Below, one piece after another: positions 40,835 to 53,030 of a stretch of 64,000 nucleotides of DNA. The notes beneath the pieces were generated by a model. The model did not search any database, was not told the origin of the DNA, and was given only the letters and a program-made list of their open reading frames with translations. The first letter of the stretch is position 1; each line of letters begins with the position of its first letter. This DNA is from Syntrophorhabdaceae bacterium (GTDB taxonomy: Bacteria > Desulfobacterota > Syntrophorhabdia > Syntrophorhabdales > Syntrophorhabdaceae), in the NCBI GenBank assembly GCA_963665295.1, contig OY762209.1, positions 2,784,001-2,848,000 of the forward strand, in the 5' to 3' direction. The position numbers and the translations under genes were made by a program.

Positions 40835-41043
40835 TTTTGAGTCTCCTTGAGCCTAGCACAGAGGGGGGACATATCTCTCAATCTTGTCACGATAAGGGCC
40901 GGCGCGGTGAGCACGTGTTCCATCTTTCCCACAATGCCGTCCTTACCGGGACTGAAGGCGATAGACTCATGGCATATCTCTCCGGACACTCCAATGGCCG
41001 CGAGGGCATGGGACGACGCACGGTGGAGACAAACCCTGTTCAT
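40835..41043 (-). pseudogene. iscS: Remnant of a cysteine desulfurase (IscS/NifS) C-terminus
   Basis: SSHALAAIGVSGEICHESIAFSPGK..EHVL..IVTRLRDMSPL resembles the IscS tail; rest of the gene absent. Confidence 0.7.
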
Positions 41044-41211
41044 GGGAAAAATATATCATAATGGCCGGAGGCTTGTATACCCTATTGTCCGTTTACGGAA
41101 GCCGCGGTTGCCCTCGGGGGCCTTGTGAGCTAAGTCATTGTTATCCTTTTTAGTTGACCTGTTTCCCCCTAATTTGGTACAAACATAGGACATTATTTGA
41201 GGAGGAAAGGA

Positions 41212-42351
41212 ATGCAAAAACGATATCTGCTCGCGCCGGGGCCTACCGCAATTCCGCCGGAAGTGTTGTTAAAAATGGCCGAGCCAATCATACACCATAG
41301 AAACCCTCTTTTTGAGACCATAGTGGAAGAAGTGAGGGAGAATCTGAAATATCTCTTCGGCACCAGGAATGAAGTGTTGATTTTCACCTCCTCAGGCACA
41401 GGGGCAATGGAAGGGGCGGTCACCAACATGTTGTCCCCCGGGGACAAGGCTATTGCCGTGACAAGCGGAAAATTCGGGGAGAGGTGGGCAAATATCCTCA
41501 AGGCCTATGGTGTCGGGACGATCGTTATCGATGTGCCGTGGGGAGACATTGTCGACCCCGGGGAGATCGAGAAGGCTCTTAAAGCGCACCCCGACGTGAA
41601 GGCCGTGTATACCCAGGCGACGGACACGTCAACGGGCGCGAAATTTCCTGTACGGGAGATCGCGGCGATTGTAAGGGAGTATCCCCAAACGCTGATGGTG
41701 GTTGACGGCATCACGGGAGTGGGCGTTTTCGAACTGCCCCAGGACGCGTGGAACATCGATATCCTTATAAGCGGCTCCCAGAAAGCCCTCATGCTGCCTC
41801 CGGGCCTCGCCTTTGCCGGGGTGAGCGACAAGGCATGGGAATTTAACAAGACGTCGAAGATGCCCAGGTTCTACTTCGACTGGGCCAAGGAACTGAAGAA
41901 CCTGCAAAAGAACCAGACTAATTTTACACCCGCCATCTCTCTCATAATCGGGCTCCGGGAATCACTCCGGATAATCAGGGAAGAAGGCCTGGAGAACGTA
42001 TACCGGAGGATCGACGTCCTCGCGGAAGCAACCCGGGAAGCGGCAAAAGCGCTTGGTCTCAAAATATTCGCCAGATCCCCGAGTCCCGCGGTTACCGCGA
42101 TTGAGGCCCCGGAGGGTATAGACGGCCAGGAGATCTACAAAACCCTCTGGAAAAAATATGGAGTTACGGGAGCGGGCGGGCAGGATCAGCTAAAAGGCAG
42201 GGTGTTCAGAATCGCCACACTGGGGTATGCGGATAAGTATGACGTTATCACCGCCATATCGGCTCTTGAATTTACCCTCAGGGACCTGGGATATAAATTC
42301 GACATGGGAACAGGCGTGGCCCGGGCCTTGGAGTGTCTGAAGGACCTCTGA
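41212..42351 (+). CDS. Class V PLP aminotransferase (serine-pyruvate/alanine-glyoxylate type)
   Basis: LLAPGPT, SSGTGAME, GKFGERW, SGSQKALMLPPG. Confidence 0.93.
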   Translation: MQKRYLLAPGPTAIPPEVLLKMAEPIIHHRNPLFETIVEEVRENLKYLFGTRNEVLIFTSSGTGAMEGAVTNMLSPGDKAIAVTSGKFGERWANILKAYGVGTIVIDVPWGDIVDPGEIEKALKAHPDVKAVYTQATDTSTGAKFPVREIAAIVREYPQTLMVVDGITGVGVFELPQDAWNIDILISGSQKALMLPPGLAFAGVSDKAWEFNKTSKMPRFYFDWAKELKNLQKNQTNFTPAISLIIGLRESLRIIREEGLENVYRRIDVLAEATREAAKALGLKIFARSPSPAVTAIEAPEGIDGQEIYKTLWKKYGVTGAGGQDQLKGRVFRIATLGYADKYDVITAISALEFTLRDLGYKFDMGTGVARALECLKDL

Positions 42352-42430
42352 GAAACCGGTGGCCTTCAACCGATGTGAAGACGGTCGTGATTTGCGGAAT
42401 AATGGTGCGTAAATTTGAGAGAAGGTAACA

Positions 42431-43078
42431 ATGCCAAAGACTAGAGGCGTGGTTTTTGACTTCGACGGCACCCTCACGGAGTTGACCCTCGACTTCGGAC
42501 ATCTGAAGGAAGCGGTAGTCGATATTGCAAGGCGTTACGTGCCGGAAGAGACCGTACGTCTGCTGGAAGGCCGCTTCATTATAGAAATGATCTATGAAAT
42601 AGAAGCCGGACTCGGGGATAGAGGTTCCGAATTCAAGGAAGAAGCCTTTGAATGCTTAAGGATTCTCGAGGTCGCGGCGTCGAAGGGCAAAGCGGTCTAC
42701 CCCTATGCGAGGGAGGTCCTCACCCGGCTCCGGGAGAAGGGCGCGAGGATAGGGATCGTCACCAGGACTTGCCTGGAGGTAGTGAAGGGCGTTTTCCCCG
42801 ATGTCGATGCATACGCGGAAGCTGTGGTAACCCGTGAGCATCTGAAAGAAGTAAAACCCCACCCCGGCCAGATATTTGCCATATGTGATCTTCTTTCAAT
42901 CCGCCCTGAAGAAGGGATACTCGCAGGCGATCATCCCACGGATGTGGCGGCGGGTATAGCGGCGGGCATGGTTACAGTGGGTCTCCTCTCGGGCAGGACT
43001 ACCAGGAGAGAATTCGAGGCGGCCGGAGCCACCTTCATACTGGATGATATAAGGGGTGTCCTGAACGTGATCAGCTAG
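42431..43078 (+). CDS. HAD phosphatase (phosphoglycolate phosphatase-like)
   Basis: FDFDGTL, KPHP, GDHPTD. Confidence 0.9.
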   Translation: MPKTRGVVFDFDGTLTELTLDFGHLKEAVVDIARRYVPEETVRLLEGRFIIEMIYEIEAGLGDRGSEFKEEAFECLRILEVAASKGKAVYPYAREVLTRLREKGARIGIVTRTCLEVVKGVFPDVDAYAEAVVTREHLKEVKPHPGQIFAICDLLSIRPEEGILAGDHPTDVAAGIAAGMVTVGLLSGRTTRREFEAAGATFILDDIRGVLNVIS

Positions 43079-43117
43079 AAGGCCCCTGTGTCTTGTGTTT
43101 CCCGTGAGCGGATCGTC

Positions 43118-43726
43118 TCAGTCCCTCCCGGGCCGGGAAAGAGGTATTGGCCCTGATCCCGTGAGATCCTCGTTGAGCAGCGGGAGGTATATATGGACGG
43201 TGACACCTTTGCCTGAAGAGGTCTCTATGTTGATGCTCCCGTTGTGTTGTTTTATAATGGCATAAGCCGTGGGCACACCGCGGGCGGAGTCCGTCCATCC
43301 CTTCGTAAAGAGCATGTCTTCAGCCAGATTCCTCTGTTCCTGTTCGTCCATATGTGCGCCAAATCCCGTGACCGAGAAAACGGCGCACCGTCCTCCCGTT
43401 CCGCCCCAGTCGTTGCCTCCGGGTCCGTCGAAGAAACCGGCCAGACCGGTTTCTATCACGACGCTCCCGCTCCCGTTCATGGTTTTCCTTGCGGTTTTTA
43501 TAAGGTCCGTAAACACTTTTCCGATCAGGCTTATGTCGGTCATGACGGAAAGAGTCTGTTCGGCGAGAGTCACCCGGTCTTCGGTGCTGTCGGTCAAATA
43601 CCTGGGAAGCAGTCCCGTGAGGCCCCTCACCAGGTCATTCAGGTTGGTCTTTTTCGGTCTTATTGAAAGGCCCGGGCTGAATCGGGGGATGCGTTTAATC
43701 AGGTCTTCGTCCTCTTGATAGTCCAA
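43118..43726 (-). CDS. Degenerate stand-alone HATPase_c-like protein
   Basis: LNDLV, YAIIKQHNGSINIETSSGKGVTVHIYLP; N/G boxes eroded, no H-box; TTG start after AGGAGG. Confidence 0.6.
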   Translation of the reverse strand: MDYQEDEDLIKRIPRFSPGLSIRPKKTNLNDLVRGLTGLLPRYLTDSTEDRVTLAEQTLSVMTDISLIGKVFTDLIKTARKTMNGSGSVVIETGLAGFFDGPGGNDWGGTGGRCAVFSVTGFGAHMDEQEQRNLAEDMLFTKGWTDSARGVPTAYAIIKQHNGSINIETSSGKGVTVHIYLPLLNEDLTGSGPIPLSRPGRD

Positions 43727-43749
43727 TGTGCACGCCTCCTCGGCAAATA

Positions 43750-44088
43750 TCAAGCTCCGCTTTTCTTTCCCGCCTTCCGTTTTGCGGAGGGTGGACGATC
43801 TTCAACGGACACCCTGATTACGGAGTTGTAGGTACCGAATTTGTTGCCGGATTTTTCGGCGCACTGGGGGTCATCACACCACGAACCGTCCACGATGAAG
43901 CGGTATTCATGACTTCCCGGCAGCAAGTATGCCGCCCGTTGCCACGTGCCGTCGTTTTTCTTGTCGTCCCGCTTGAGAGGCAGCGAAGCGGTATCCCAGT
44001 TATTGAAATCTCCCGCAAGGTTGACCTCTCTGGCCTCCGGTGCGTGGAGTTTGAAAGTTACACGTTTCTTCGTCTTTTTTTCGTCCAT
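43750..44088 (-). CDS. Glycogen-binding CBM48/early-set domain protein
   Basis: VTFKLHAPEAREVNLAGDFNNW..GTW..EYRFIVDGSW..N.FGT.NSV; AAGGAGG RBS. Confidence 0.9.
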   Translation of the reverse strand: MDEKKTKKRVTFKLHAPEAREVNLAGDFNNWDTASLPLKRDDKKNDGTWQRAAYLLPGSHEYRFIVDGSWCDDPQCAEKSGNKFGTYNSVIRVSVEDRPPSAKRKAGKKSGA

Positions 44089-44254
44089 CCTTAATCCTCC
44101 TTTGGTACATAGAATTGCCGAACCGCCCCAAAAAAAGGAGAGGGGCGATACGTCAAAAGGCCGGTCCATGCCGCCGCGACCCGCCATCCTGCTGACCGGG
44201 CTCTGCGTGACCTGACCGGGTGCGTTAGTCCCCTCACGATATGCGATGATACCA

Positions 44255-44270
44255 TGCAAGAAACATGCTA
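44255..44270 (-). promoter_or_regulatory. Sigma54-like promoter with AG in place of GG at -24
   Basis: Minus strand TAGCAT-N5-TTGCA, 93 nt from the UAS. Confidence 0.4.
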
Positions 44271-44363
44271 TATCCGAGCAGGGGCCGGGCACGGAGTTTC
44301 TCTAATGATTTTGGGCTTACCCTTATTCGGGGAGCCGGTACAGTCTTGCAGTATAGTATGAAA

Positions 44364-44403
44364 TGTCTTATTCTACAAGACTATTGTCTTGTAGAATAAG
44401 ACA
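44364..44403. promoter_or_regulatory. Perfect 18-bp inverted repeat / tandem UAS
   Basis: TGTCTTATTCTACAAGAC-TATT-GTCTTGTAGAATAAGACA. Confidence 0.7.
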
Positions 44404-45054
44404 CAATGCAGCACTTGAAAAACCGAAGAGAAAGGCAAGGCGTGAACCACGCTTCACGTGCCGTCGTCCGGGGCCATCAGGCGTAAACCGATATGTTGTT
44501 TCCTTTTCCGGGAATAGTCCGGGTGTTCTTCTCGACGTTCCGATAGGTATTCATGCCGTATGATGCGGGCATCCGAAACTCCCCCTCCTCGTCGAAGGCA
44601 GGCGACCAGTGGTAGGGCGGGGTGTCTGCACGGGTGGAACAGGCTTGACCGGGATTTTTTGTATCTATGATTTCGGGGGCAGGTTGTGGGGAAGCGGCCT
44701 TGCGCGCAATACTCAACCTTACCGACAGGGTATCCCTCAAGCCGGGAAGATTAGATATGACCCGCTCTGCTCTCAAAGCCTTTGCTCCTCGTGCTCCGGT
44801 TCAATGAAGGGAGATGTCACGTCCCCCCTTCATACTAATGGTAGCCGCGATTATGATAATTGTCAAGGGGATTCTTTGTGATTCCGTTAAGTTATTCCAT
44901 ACAGTGGTCACCCGGGGCGGGACATGCGGGCGGAGTGGGCCGGATATTACAAGGGCCCGCGTATGCTCACGACGGGTTCTCGGGGCATACACGGGCCCGA
45001 AGAGGACCGCATCTCATGAATGGGAGGAAACGGTCCCCGGGAAAAAAGTGGATG

Positions 45055-45645
45055 CTACTTCTTTGCAGGCGAGGCGGCCAGGGCGTTTACCGCTTCTTCC
45101 TTCTTTGCCGTCACGTCCTGTTTGATAGCTTTCAACTCGTCGCTCGCTTCCTTGATCTTCGGCCCCTGAAGCTTCTCTTTGGCCGCTGCAAGGTCTGCTT
45201 CCCACTTGGTGATCATCGCCTGTATCTCTTCCCGTTTGGCGGCAAGGGGTTTCTTCTTCGCCGCCCCTTCTACAGCCGCTTTCAGTTCGTCAACGTCCTT
45301 CTGGATGTCCTGAATAGCCTGCTCAGCGTCGGTTTTGACTTTTGTCTTGGCGGCCTCAATACCGGCCATTGCCTGCTGTGCAAGGCCCTCGGCTTCAACG
45401 GCAACCTGTTTGGCTTCCTTGTATTTCTTTGCAGTTACCTGATCCTTGGCCTGCTTCAGGGATTCCTCCGCCTTGGCAAAGAGATCGGGCACATAGGCAG
45501 GAGCTTCCTTCTGTTTTGCATCTTCGATGGCCTTTTCCGCCTTTGCCAGTTCCTCTGTGGGGGGCTTGGAGCATCCCGTGAAGATCAGGACCGATAAGAC
45601 GAGCATCGCTGAGAGAAAAAGGTAAGAACGACATCTGTTAAGCAT
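45055..45645 (-). CDS. Ala/Lys/Glu-rich helical lipoprotein (DUF4398-like)
   Basis: Lipobox FTGC then SKPPTEE..A..YVPD; coiled-coil composition. Confidence 0.8.
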   Translation of the reverse strand: MLNRCRSYLFLSAMLVLSVLIFTGCSKPPTEELAKAEKAIEDAKQKEAPAYVPDLFAKAEESLKQAKDQVTAKKYKEAKQVAVEAEGLAQQAMAGIEAAKTKVKTDAEQAIQDIQKDVDELKAAVEGAAKKKPLAAKREEIQAMITKWEADLAAAKEKLQGPKIKEASDELKAIKQDVTAKKEEAVNALAASPAKK

Positions 45646-45894
45646 TTTGACTACCTCCTGAACCTTTTTTGTGAATATTTTACCATACGGGTCTGGAAAA
45701 GACCACGCAAAACAATGGAGATTGGCTGTGGGGCGCAATGTCCGGGCCTTCATGGACCACGGCGGCGCCCGGACCCCGTTGCCTTTCCCCCTTCCGGGCA
45801 CAGGAAGGTTGCTGCAGAATAAGACTATTTACCGGTAAAGGAACACATTTTTTGTGGTATGATAGTGGGTTGAAAGTTATGAGGGCGGAGGTCT

Positions 45895-47655
45895 GTGGTG
45901 AATGTGGAGTTTGAAGTATTGATGGGAAATCATGCAATCGCGCGCGGTCTCGTTGAAGCGGGTCTTGATCTTGCCGCGGCTTACCCGGGGACTCCGAGTT
46001 CCGAAATCCTTCCCGGAATCGTCAGGTTCGGCAGCCAGGACAGCAGGCGGGTTTACGCGGAGTGGTCCACCAACGAGAGATGTGCCTTCGAAACGGCCTT
46101 CGGGGCTGCCCTTGCCGGCAAACGGGCCGCGTGCATGATGAAGCAGGTAGGTCTCAACGTAGCCTTCCCGTCGCTTCTCAGGGGGAAGAGCAAAACCATA
46201 AAAGGGGCCCTGGTGATTGTCTCCTGTGATGATCCGGGTCCCCAGTCGTCTCAGACGGAGCAGGACACCCGTCTCCTTGCCGCCTTGTTCGGCATACCCG
46301 TATTTGACCCTTCATCACCGAGGGAGGCCGGGGATGTGGCGTACTATGCACTGAAGTATTCTTTTGAACATAAGGTCCCCGTTATCTTAAGGCCGACCCA
46401 CAGGGTAAGTCACGCGAGGGAGGCGGCACCCTTCTATCCGGCGGGAGAGAGGGAAGTTGTCCTCGACGAAGGTGTTCGGGCCGGGAGGGGCCGGAAACTG
46501 GGCATTATCGCCTCGGGCATGAGCTGTTCTCTTGCCTTCGACGTGCTGGCGAGACTCGGCGTCGAGGAGGACGTGTCCTTATATAAGGTGATAAAGGTCT
46601 TTCCCGTTGACCCCCGTCTTGCCCAATTCGCGAACAGCATGGAAAAGGTGCTCGTTATCGAGGAGACCGACGCTGTTCTCGAAGGGTTGGTCGGCAGGGC
46701 CGACGTCCTGGGGCGAAGGAACGGATACATACCCGCCGAAGGCGAACTGACCTATGATGTGGTAAGAGGCGTCATCGAGCGTGTACTTGCGGAAACGGAT
46801 CTGACCGGCGGGAGAAGAGAGAAGTTCGTTCCGGACACGTCCATCAGGGATGCGGTGAGGACGGTCCCTTTTTCCGCGCGGCCGCCGACGTTGTGCGCGG
46901 GATGCTCTCATAGGGCCTCCTTCTATGCAATGAAGCAGGCCTTCCCCGATGCGGTTTTTCCCGGTGATATAGGTTGTTACACCCTCGGCATAGCGCTGGG
47001 CGCTGTGGATACGTGCATAGATATGGGCGGAGGCGTGAACCTTGCCTCCGGCTTCCATGACACCTTTACCCAAGACGGAGCTTTGATCCCCATTATCGCG
47101 TCGGTCGGTGATTCCACTTTTTTTCATGCGTGCCTCCCGCCCCTCTATGACGCGGTCCTGAAGGGTAAGAGATTCATCCTTGTTATTATGGATAACTCGA
47201 CTACCGCCATGACTGGGATGCAGCCCACCCCCCAGACAGGGGTAAGGGCGGACGGGACGTGCGCCCCTCCGATCAGGATCGAGGAAATTGTCCGTAGTTT
47301 TGGCGTTCAGTTTCTGAAAATTCTTGACCCCTACGATGTGCCTTGTATGATCGATACAATGAAAGAGGCATTTTCCTATCTCCAGGGAGCGGCGAAGGGA
47401 CCGGCCGTGATTATCGCCCGGAGAGAATGCCGCCTTCTTTCGCACACAAAAGAGGAACGCGGTTTTGACCCGGCGGTGTTCATTGAGGACTGTACAGGCT
47501 GCAAGACTTGTGTCGACACTTTTGACTGTCCCGGTCTGGCCTTCAATGAGGATGAACAGCGGGTGACCATAGACGACGGGCTGTGCACGCGGTGCGGAAC
47601 ATGCCTCAATGTCTGCCCTGCCCAGGCCGGGGCTGCGGCCGTTGTGCCGGGATAG
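45895..47655 (+). CDS. iorA: Indolepyruvate:ferredoxin oxidoreductase alpha subunit
   Basis: MGNHAIARG, YPGTPSSE, RPPTLCAGCSH, GDIGCYTL, GDSTFFH, two ferredoxin Cys motifs. Confidence 0.9.
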   Translation: MVNVEFEVLMGNHAIARGLVEAGLDLAAAYPGTPSSEILPGIVRFGSQDSRRVYAEWSTNERCAFETAFGAALAGKRAACMMKQVGLNVAFPSLLRGKSKTIKGALVIVSCDDPGPQSSQTEQDTRLLAALFGIPVFDPSSPREAGDVAYYALKYSFEHKVPVILRPTHRVSHAREAAPFYPAGEREVVLDEGVRAGRGRKLGIIASGMSCSLAFDVLARLGVEEDVSLYKVIKVFPVDPRLAQFANSMEKVLVIEETDAVLEGLVGRADVLGRRNGYIPAEGELTYDVVRGVIERVLAETDLTGGRREKFVPDTSIRDAVRTVPFSARPPTLCAGCSHRASFYAMKQAFPDAVFPGDIGCYTLGIALGAVDTCIDMGGGVNLASGFHDTFTQDGALIPIIASVGDSTFFHACLPPLYDAVLKGKRFILVIMDNSTTAMTGMQPTPQTGVRADGTCAPPIRIEEIVRSFGVQFLKILDPYDVPCMIDTMKEAFSYLQGAAKGPAVIIARRECRLLSHTKEERGFDPAVFIEDCTGCKTCVDTFDCPGLAFNEDEQRVTIDDGLCTRCGTCLNVCPAQAGAAAVVPG

Positions 47656-47658
47656 GCC

Positions 47659-48660
47659 GTGAACAGCGAAAAGACGCTTTCCATAGTCATAATCGCAAAG
47701 GACACGAAAGACCTTTTGAAGGACCTCCTCGACTCCATACGGGAGGACGGCTCCCTTGAACCGTTTCTGAACGATATCGTAGTGGTGGACAACGGATCGA
47801 AGGACGGGACCGACGCCATGGTCCGGCAAGACTTCCCCGCCATAAAGGTGTTGCATAATGAGGAGAACAAGGGGTTCGCCGCATCGGCCAATGCGGGCTT
47901 CCGGTCCGTTGCCGGTGATTTTGTGCTCTTTCTCAATTCCGATACCCTTCTCATGGAGGGCGAGGTATTGAAAATGTTGCAGTACATGAGGGAGACCAGC
48001 GATGTGGGGATATGCGGTCCTCAACTCATTTACCCGGACATGCGTCCCCAGCGGTCGTCCGCGGCGATACCTTCCATTCTTCCTGAAATAGTCCCTGCCG
48101 CCATTCTTGAAGTGATATTTTCACGAAAATATCCGGGAAAGCCGAAAGCCGGGAAGGACACTCCGCTCCCGGGCGGCCGCGGCGAGGCGGTCATGGCCCC
48201 GCGCGAGGTCGATTCTCTTATAGGCGCCGCGATCATGGTGAGGAGGAGCGCCATGGAAAAGGCGGGCGGGTTTGACGAGAGGTTCTTCTTCTTCCTCGAA
48301 GAGACGGATCTTTGCATGAAGATAAGGAACGCGGGATTCCGGGTCCTCTGCATGCCCGGCGCAAAGGTGGTCCACCTCCAGGGAAAGACAGTAAGGAAGA
48401 ATTGGGTCAAGGGCAGGATGGAGTACAATATCTCCATGTATAAGTTCATAGGCAAGCACCACTCCCGTGCGTACTACCGGTGCTTTCAGTCGGTAAGGGT
48501 TCTGAAGGTGGCCGCGTTCCTCGTCCTCGCCACGGTGCTGCCCTTTCTTCTTTTGGGGTCGAGGACGAGGCGAACTTACACATATTACCGGAGCCTCATC
48601 AAGTGGCATTGGGACGGGTGTCCCGACGACGCCGGGCTCCGTGTTCGCCCTCCGGGCTGA
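47659..48660 (+). CDS. GT2 glycosyltransferase (WbbL-like)
   Basis: VVDNGSKDGT, NKGFAASAN, LNSD, GGFDERFFFFLEETD. Confidence 0.9.
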   Translation: MNSEKTLSIVIIAKDTKDLLKDLLDSIREDGSLEPFLNDIVVVDNGSKDGTDAMVRQDFPAIKVLHNEENKGFAASANAGFRSVAGDFVLFLNSDTLLMEGEVLKMLQYMRETSDVGICGPQLIYPDMRPQRSSAAIPSILPEIVPAAILEVIFSRKYPGKPKAGKDTPLPGGRGEAVMAPREVDSLIGAAIMVRRSAMEKAGGFDERFFFFLEETDLCMKIRNAGFRVLCMPGAKVVHLQGKTVRKNWVKGRMEYNISMYKFIGKHHSRAYYRCFQSVRVLKVAAFLVLATVLPFLLLGSRTRRTYTYYRSLIKWHWDGCPDDAGLRVRPPG

Positions 48661-49023
48661 AGAAGGCGCGACCGCGCGAGAGCCGGGCACGTGATCGGAT
48701 GGCCTTCCGAAGGGGCTCCCACGCCCCTCTTCACACACCTTATTGTATACAAAACAATCTCATGTTTTACCGGAATTGATCCACAAGTGGGCGATTTACG
48801 GTCATACGGGCCGCAGGCTTATTCAACTTCTTCTTGACAATTGCAGTCAACTTAAAATAATATAAAGCGGGTTTGAAATGTGTTGCACGGAAATAATCGG
48901 GGGGAAAGATTTTTACCGCGCCGGGCCGGAAACATCCGGTTCTTTGGCAATAAATCTCCTTTCATACCAGTGGTAGTGAACCGGGCCGACAGGCTGAAGG
49001 CAGAATACTATAATGAATCGTTG

Positions 49024-49054
49024 GGCTGTTACGACAGCCAGCGGCGGTAGCGCA
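49024..49054 (+). promoter_or_regulatory. JUMPStart/ops element
   Basis: GGCTGT-TACG-ACAGCC hairpin then GGCGGTAGCGCA, just upstream of galE. Confidence 0.8.
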
Positions 49055-49078
49055 TTTATTGACGTTAAGGATGGTTGA

Positions 49079-50056
<978 letters not shown>

Positions 50057-50138
50057 AACGCGGCATCCGGGGCAGTACACGGTTGACAGAGCCTGGGATT
50101 CCTTAGGCGGCAGGCCGATATAAACAAGACCAGGAGGT

Positions 50139-50534
50139 GTGATGAATACCCTCATTTCCTCAAATCGGGACGAAATCCCAAAATCTAACACCGTCCAAAG
50201 ACCTTGGGGCAGTTTCACCACTCTTCACGAAGAAGAGAGATTCAAGATAAAAAAGATAGTGGTGAACCCCGGCGGAAAACTCAGCCTGCAATTTCATAAA
50301 CACCGTTCCGAACATTGGGTTGTGGTGAAGGGAAAGGCGAGGATTACGGTCGGCGACGACGTGAACTGCTACCAGGAGAACGACAGCGTTTACATACCGG
50401 TGTCGGCAAAACACCGGGCAGAGAACTGCGAAGACGGACATCTCGAAATAATAGAAGTTCAGTATGGCGAATACCTTGGGGAAGATGATATAGTGAGAAT
50501 TGAAGACATATACGGGCGAGGCAGTGCCCTATAG
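50139..50534 (+). CDS. Stand-alone type II phosphomannose isomerase C-terminal cupin
   Basis: RPWG, LSLQFHKHRSEHWVVV, EVQYGEYLGEDDIVR. Confidence 0.9.
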   Translation: MMNTLISSNRDEIPKSNTVQRPWGSFTTLHEEERFKIKKIVVNPGGKLSLQFHKHRSEHWVVVKGKARITVGDDVNCYQENDSVYIPVSAKHRAENCEDGHLEIIEVQYGEYLGEDDIVRIEDIYGRGSAL

Positions 50535-50585
50535 CAGATGCAGCCGGTCTGGGACGACGGCGATTACGATTATCGGAGTGGTAAG

Positions 50586-51755
50586 ATGAGTGCGAAAAAA
50601 GCGTTGATTACAGGCATTACCGGACAGGACGGAAGCTATCTGGCGGAGTTTTTGTTGAGCAAGGGTTACGAGGTGCATGGCCTCATCCGGAGGGCGAGTA
50701 CGTTCAATACGGGGCGAATCGATCACATATACTCGGACCCCCATACACCGGACGTACAGTTGTTCCTGCATTATGGCGACCTCTCCGATTCAGGGCAGGT
50801 CATAAACCTCATTTATAACGTACAGCCCGCGGAAGTGTACCATGTGGGCGCCCAGAGCCACGTCAAGGTGAGTTTCGACATGCCCGAGTATACAGGCGAC
50901 GTAACGGGCCTGGGAACGACACGGCTTCTCGACGCAATACGGAGAAGCGGAATAAAGACCAAATTCTACCAGGCGTCCTCTTCGGAGTTGTTCGGCGCTT
51001 CTCCCCCACCGCAGAGCGAAAAGACCCTGTTTTATCCCAGGAGTCCCTACGCGGCGGCGAAATTATACGCCTACTGGATGACCATCAACTACAGGGAAGG
51101 GTATGGCATGTTTGCCTGCAATGGTATCCTCTTTAATCACGAATCCCCGAGAAGGGGAGAGACCTTTGTTACCCGGAAGATAACGAGGGCGGTGGCAAAT
51201 ATCCTTGCCGGCAACCAGCAGAGGCTGTATCTCGGCAACCTGAACGCGAAAAGGGACTGGGGTTTTGCCCCCGAGTACATTGAGATGCAGTGGCTCATGC
51301 TTCAGCAGGAAGAACCGGACGATTATGTGATTGGCACCGGCGACAGCCGGTCTATCAGGGAATTTGTGGATCTTGCCTTCGGCTATGCGGGCGTCGAAAT
51401 CGAATGGCGAGGCACGGGTTCCGATGAGAAAGGGTATATCCGTTCATTGACACCCGATTGTTCGCGTTGCACCCCTCGTCTCCGGACGGGAGATGTCCTC
51501 GTCGAGGTTGATCCCCGTTACTTCCGCCCCACGGAAGTCGATTTCCTGCAGGCCGACATTACAAAGGCCAAAAGCCAATTGAAGTGGCAGCCCCGGACAA
51601 CATTCGAGGACCTCGTGAAGATCATGGTTGACTATGACCTCAAGATGGTGGAGATAGAACCGCCTGGAGAAGGGATAAATACTTGTTTTAACAAGGGTTT
51701 CCATTACACCAACCATGACTTTTCTCTCTACCAGAGGATCAACGAAAGAGGTTGA
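50586..51755 (+). CDS. gmd: GDP-mannose 4,6-dehydratase
   Basis: [42 protein letters not shown]. Confidence 0.97.
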   Translation: MSAKKALITGITGQDGSYLAEFLLSKGYEVHGLIRRASTFNTGRIDHIYSDPHTPDVQLFLHYGDLSDSGQVINLIYNVQPAEVYHVGAQSHVKVSFDMPEYTGDVTGLGTTRLLDAIRRSGIKTKFYQASSSELFGASPPPQSEKTLFYPRSPYAAAKLYAYWMTINYREGYGMFACNGILFNHESPRRGETFVTRKITRAVANILAGNQQRLYLGNLNAKRDWGFAPEYIEMQWLMLQQEEPDDYVIGTGDSRSIREFVDLAFGYAGVEIEWRGTGSDEKGYIRSLTPDCSRCTPRLRTGDVLVEVDPRYFRPTEVDFLQADITKAKSQLKWQPRTTFEDLVKIMVDYDLKMVEIEPPGEGINTCFNKGFHYTNHDFSLYQRINERG

Positions 51756-51794
51756 ACCCTGACGAGGCGGGCTGTGCGGGTTATACCGCACTAA

Positions 51795-52919
<1,125 letters not shown>

Positions 52920-53030
52920 ACCAACCCTTGTCGGGAGTTGAGCCGGCCATCATGTTGAGCGTCGGCAAAGGGGATGGAAACGGCATCGTCGTGTTGGCCA
53001 TATTGATCTTGTCGGCCGGGAGGTGGTAAG

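Noticed and set aside
42431..43078. HAD phosphatase as MupP of the recycling pathway
   Set aside because: Generic HAD motifs only, and not linked to the recycling genes
44477..44572. 31-aa minus-strand ORF with a purine-rich upstream sequence
   Set aside because: No motif or other support beyond a possible RBS
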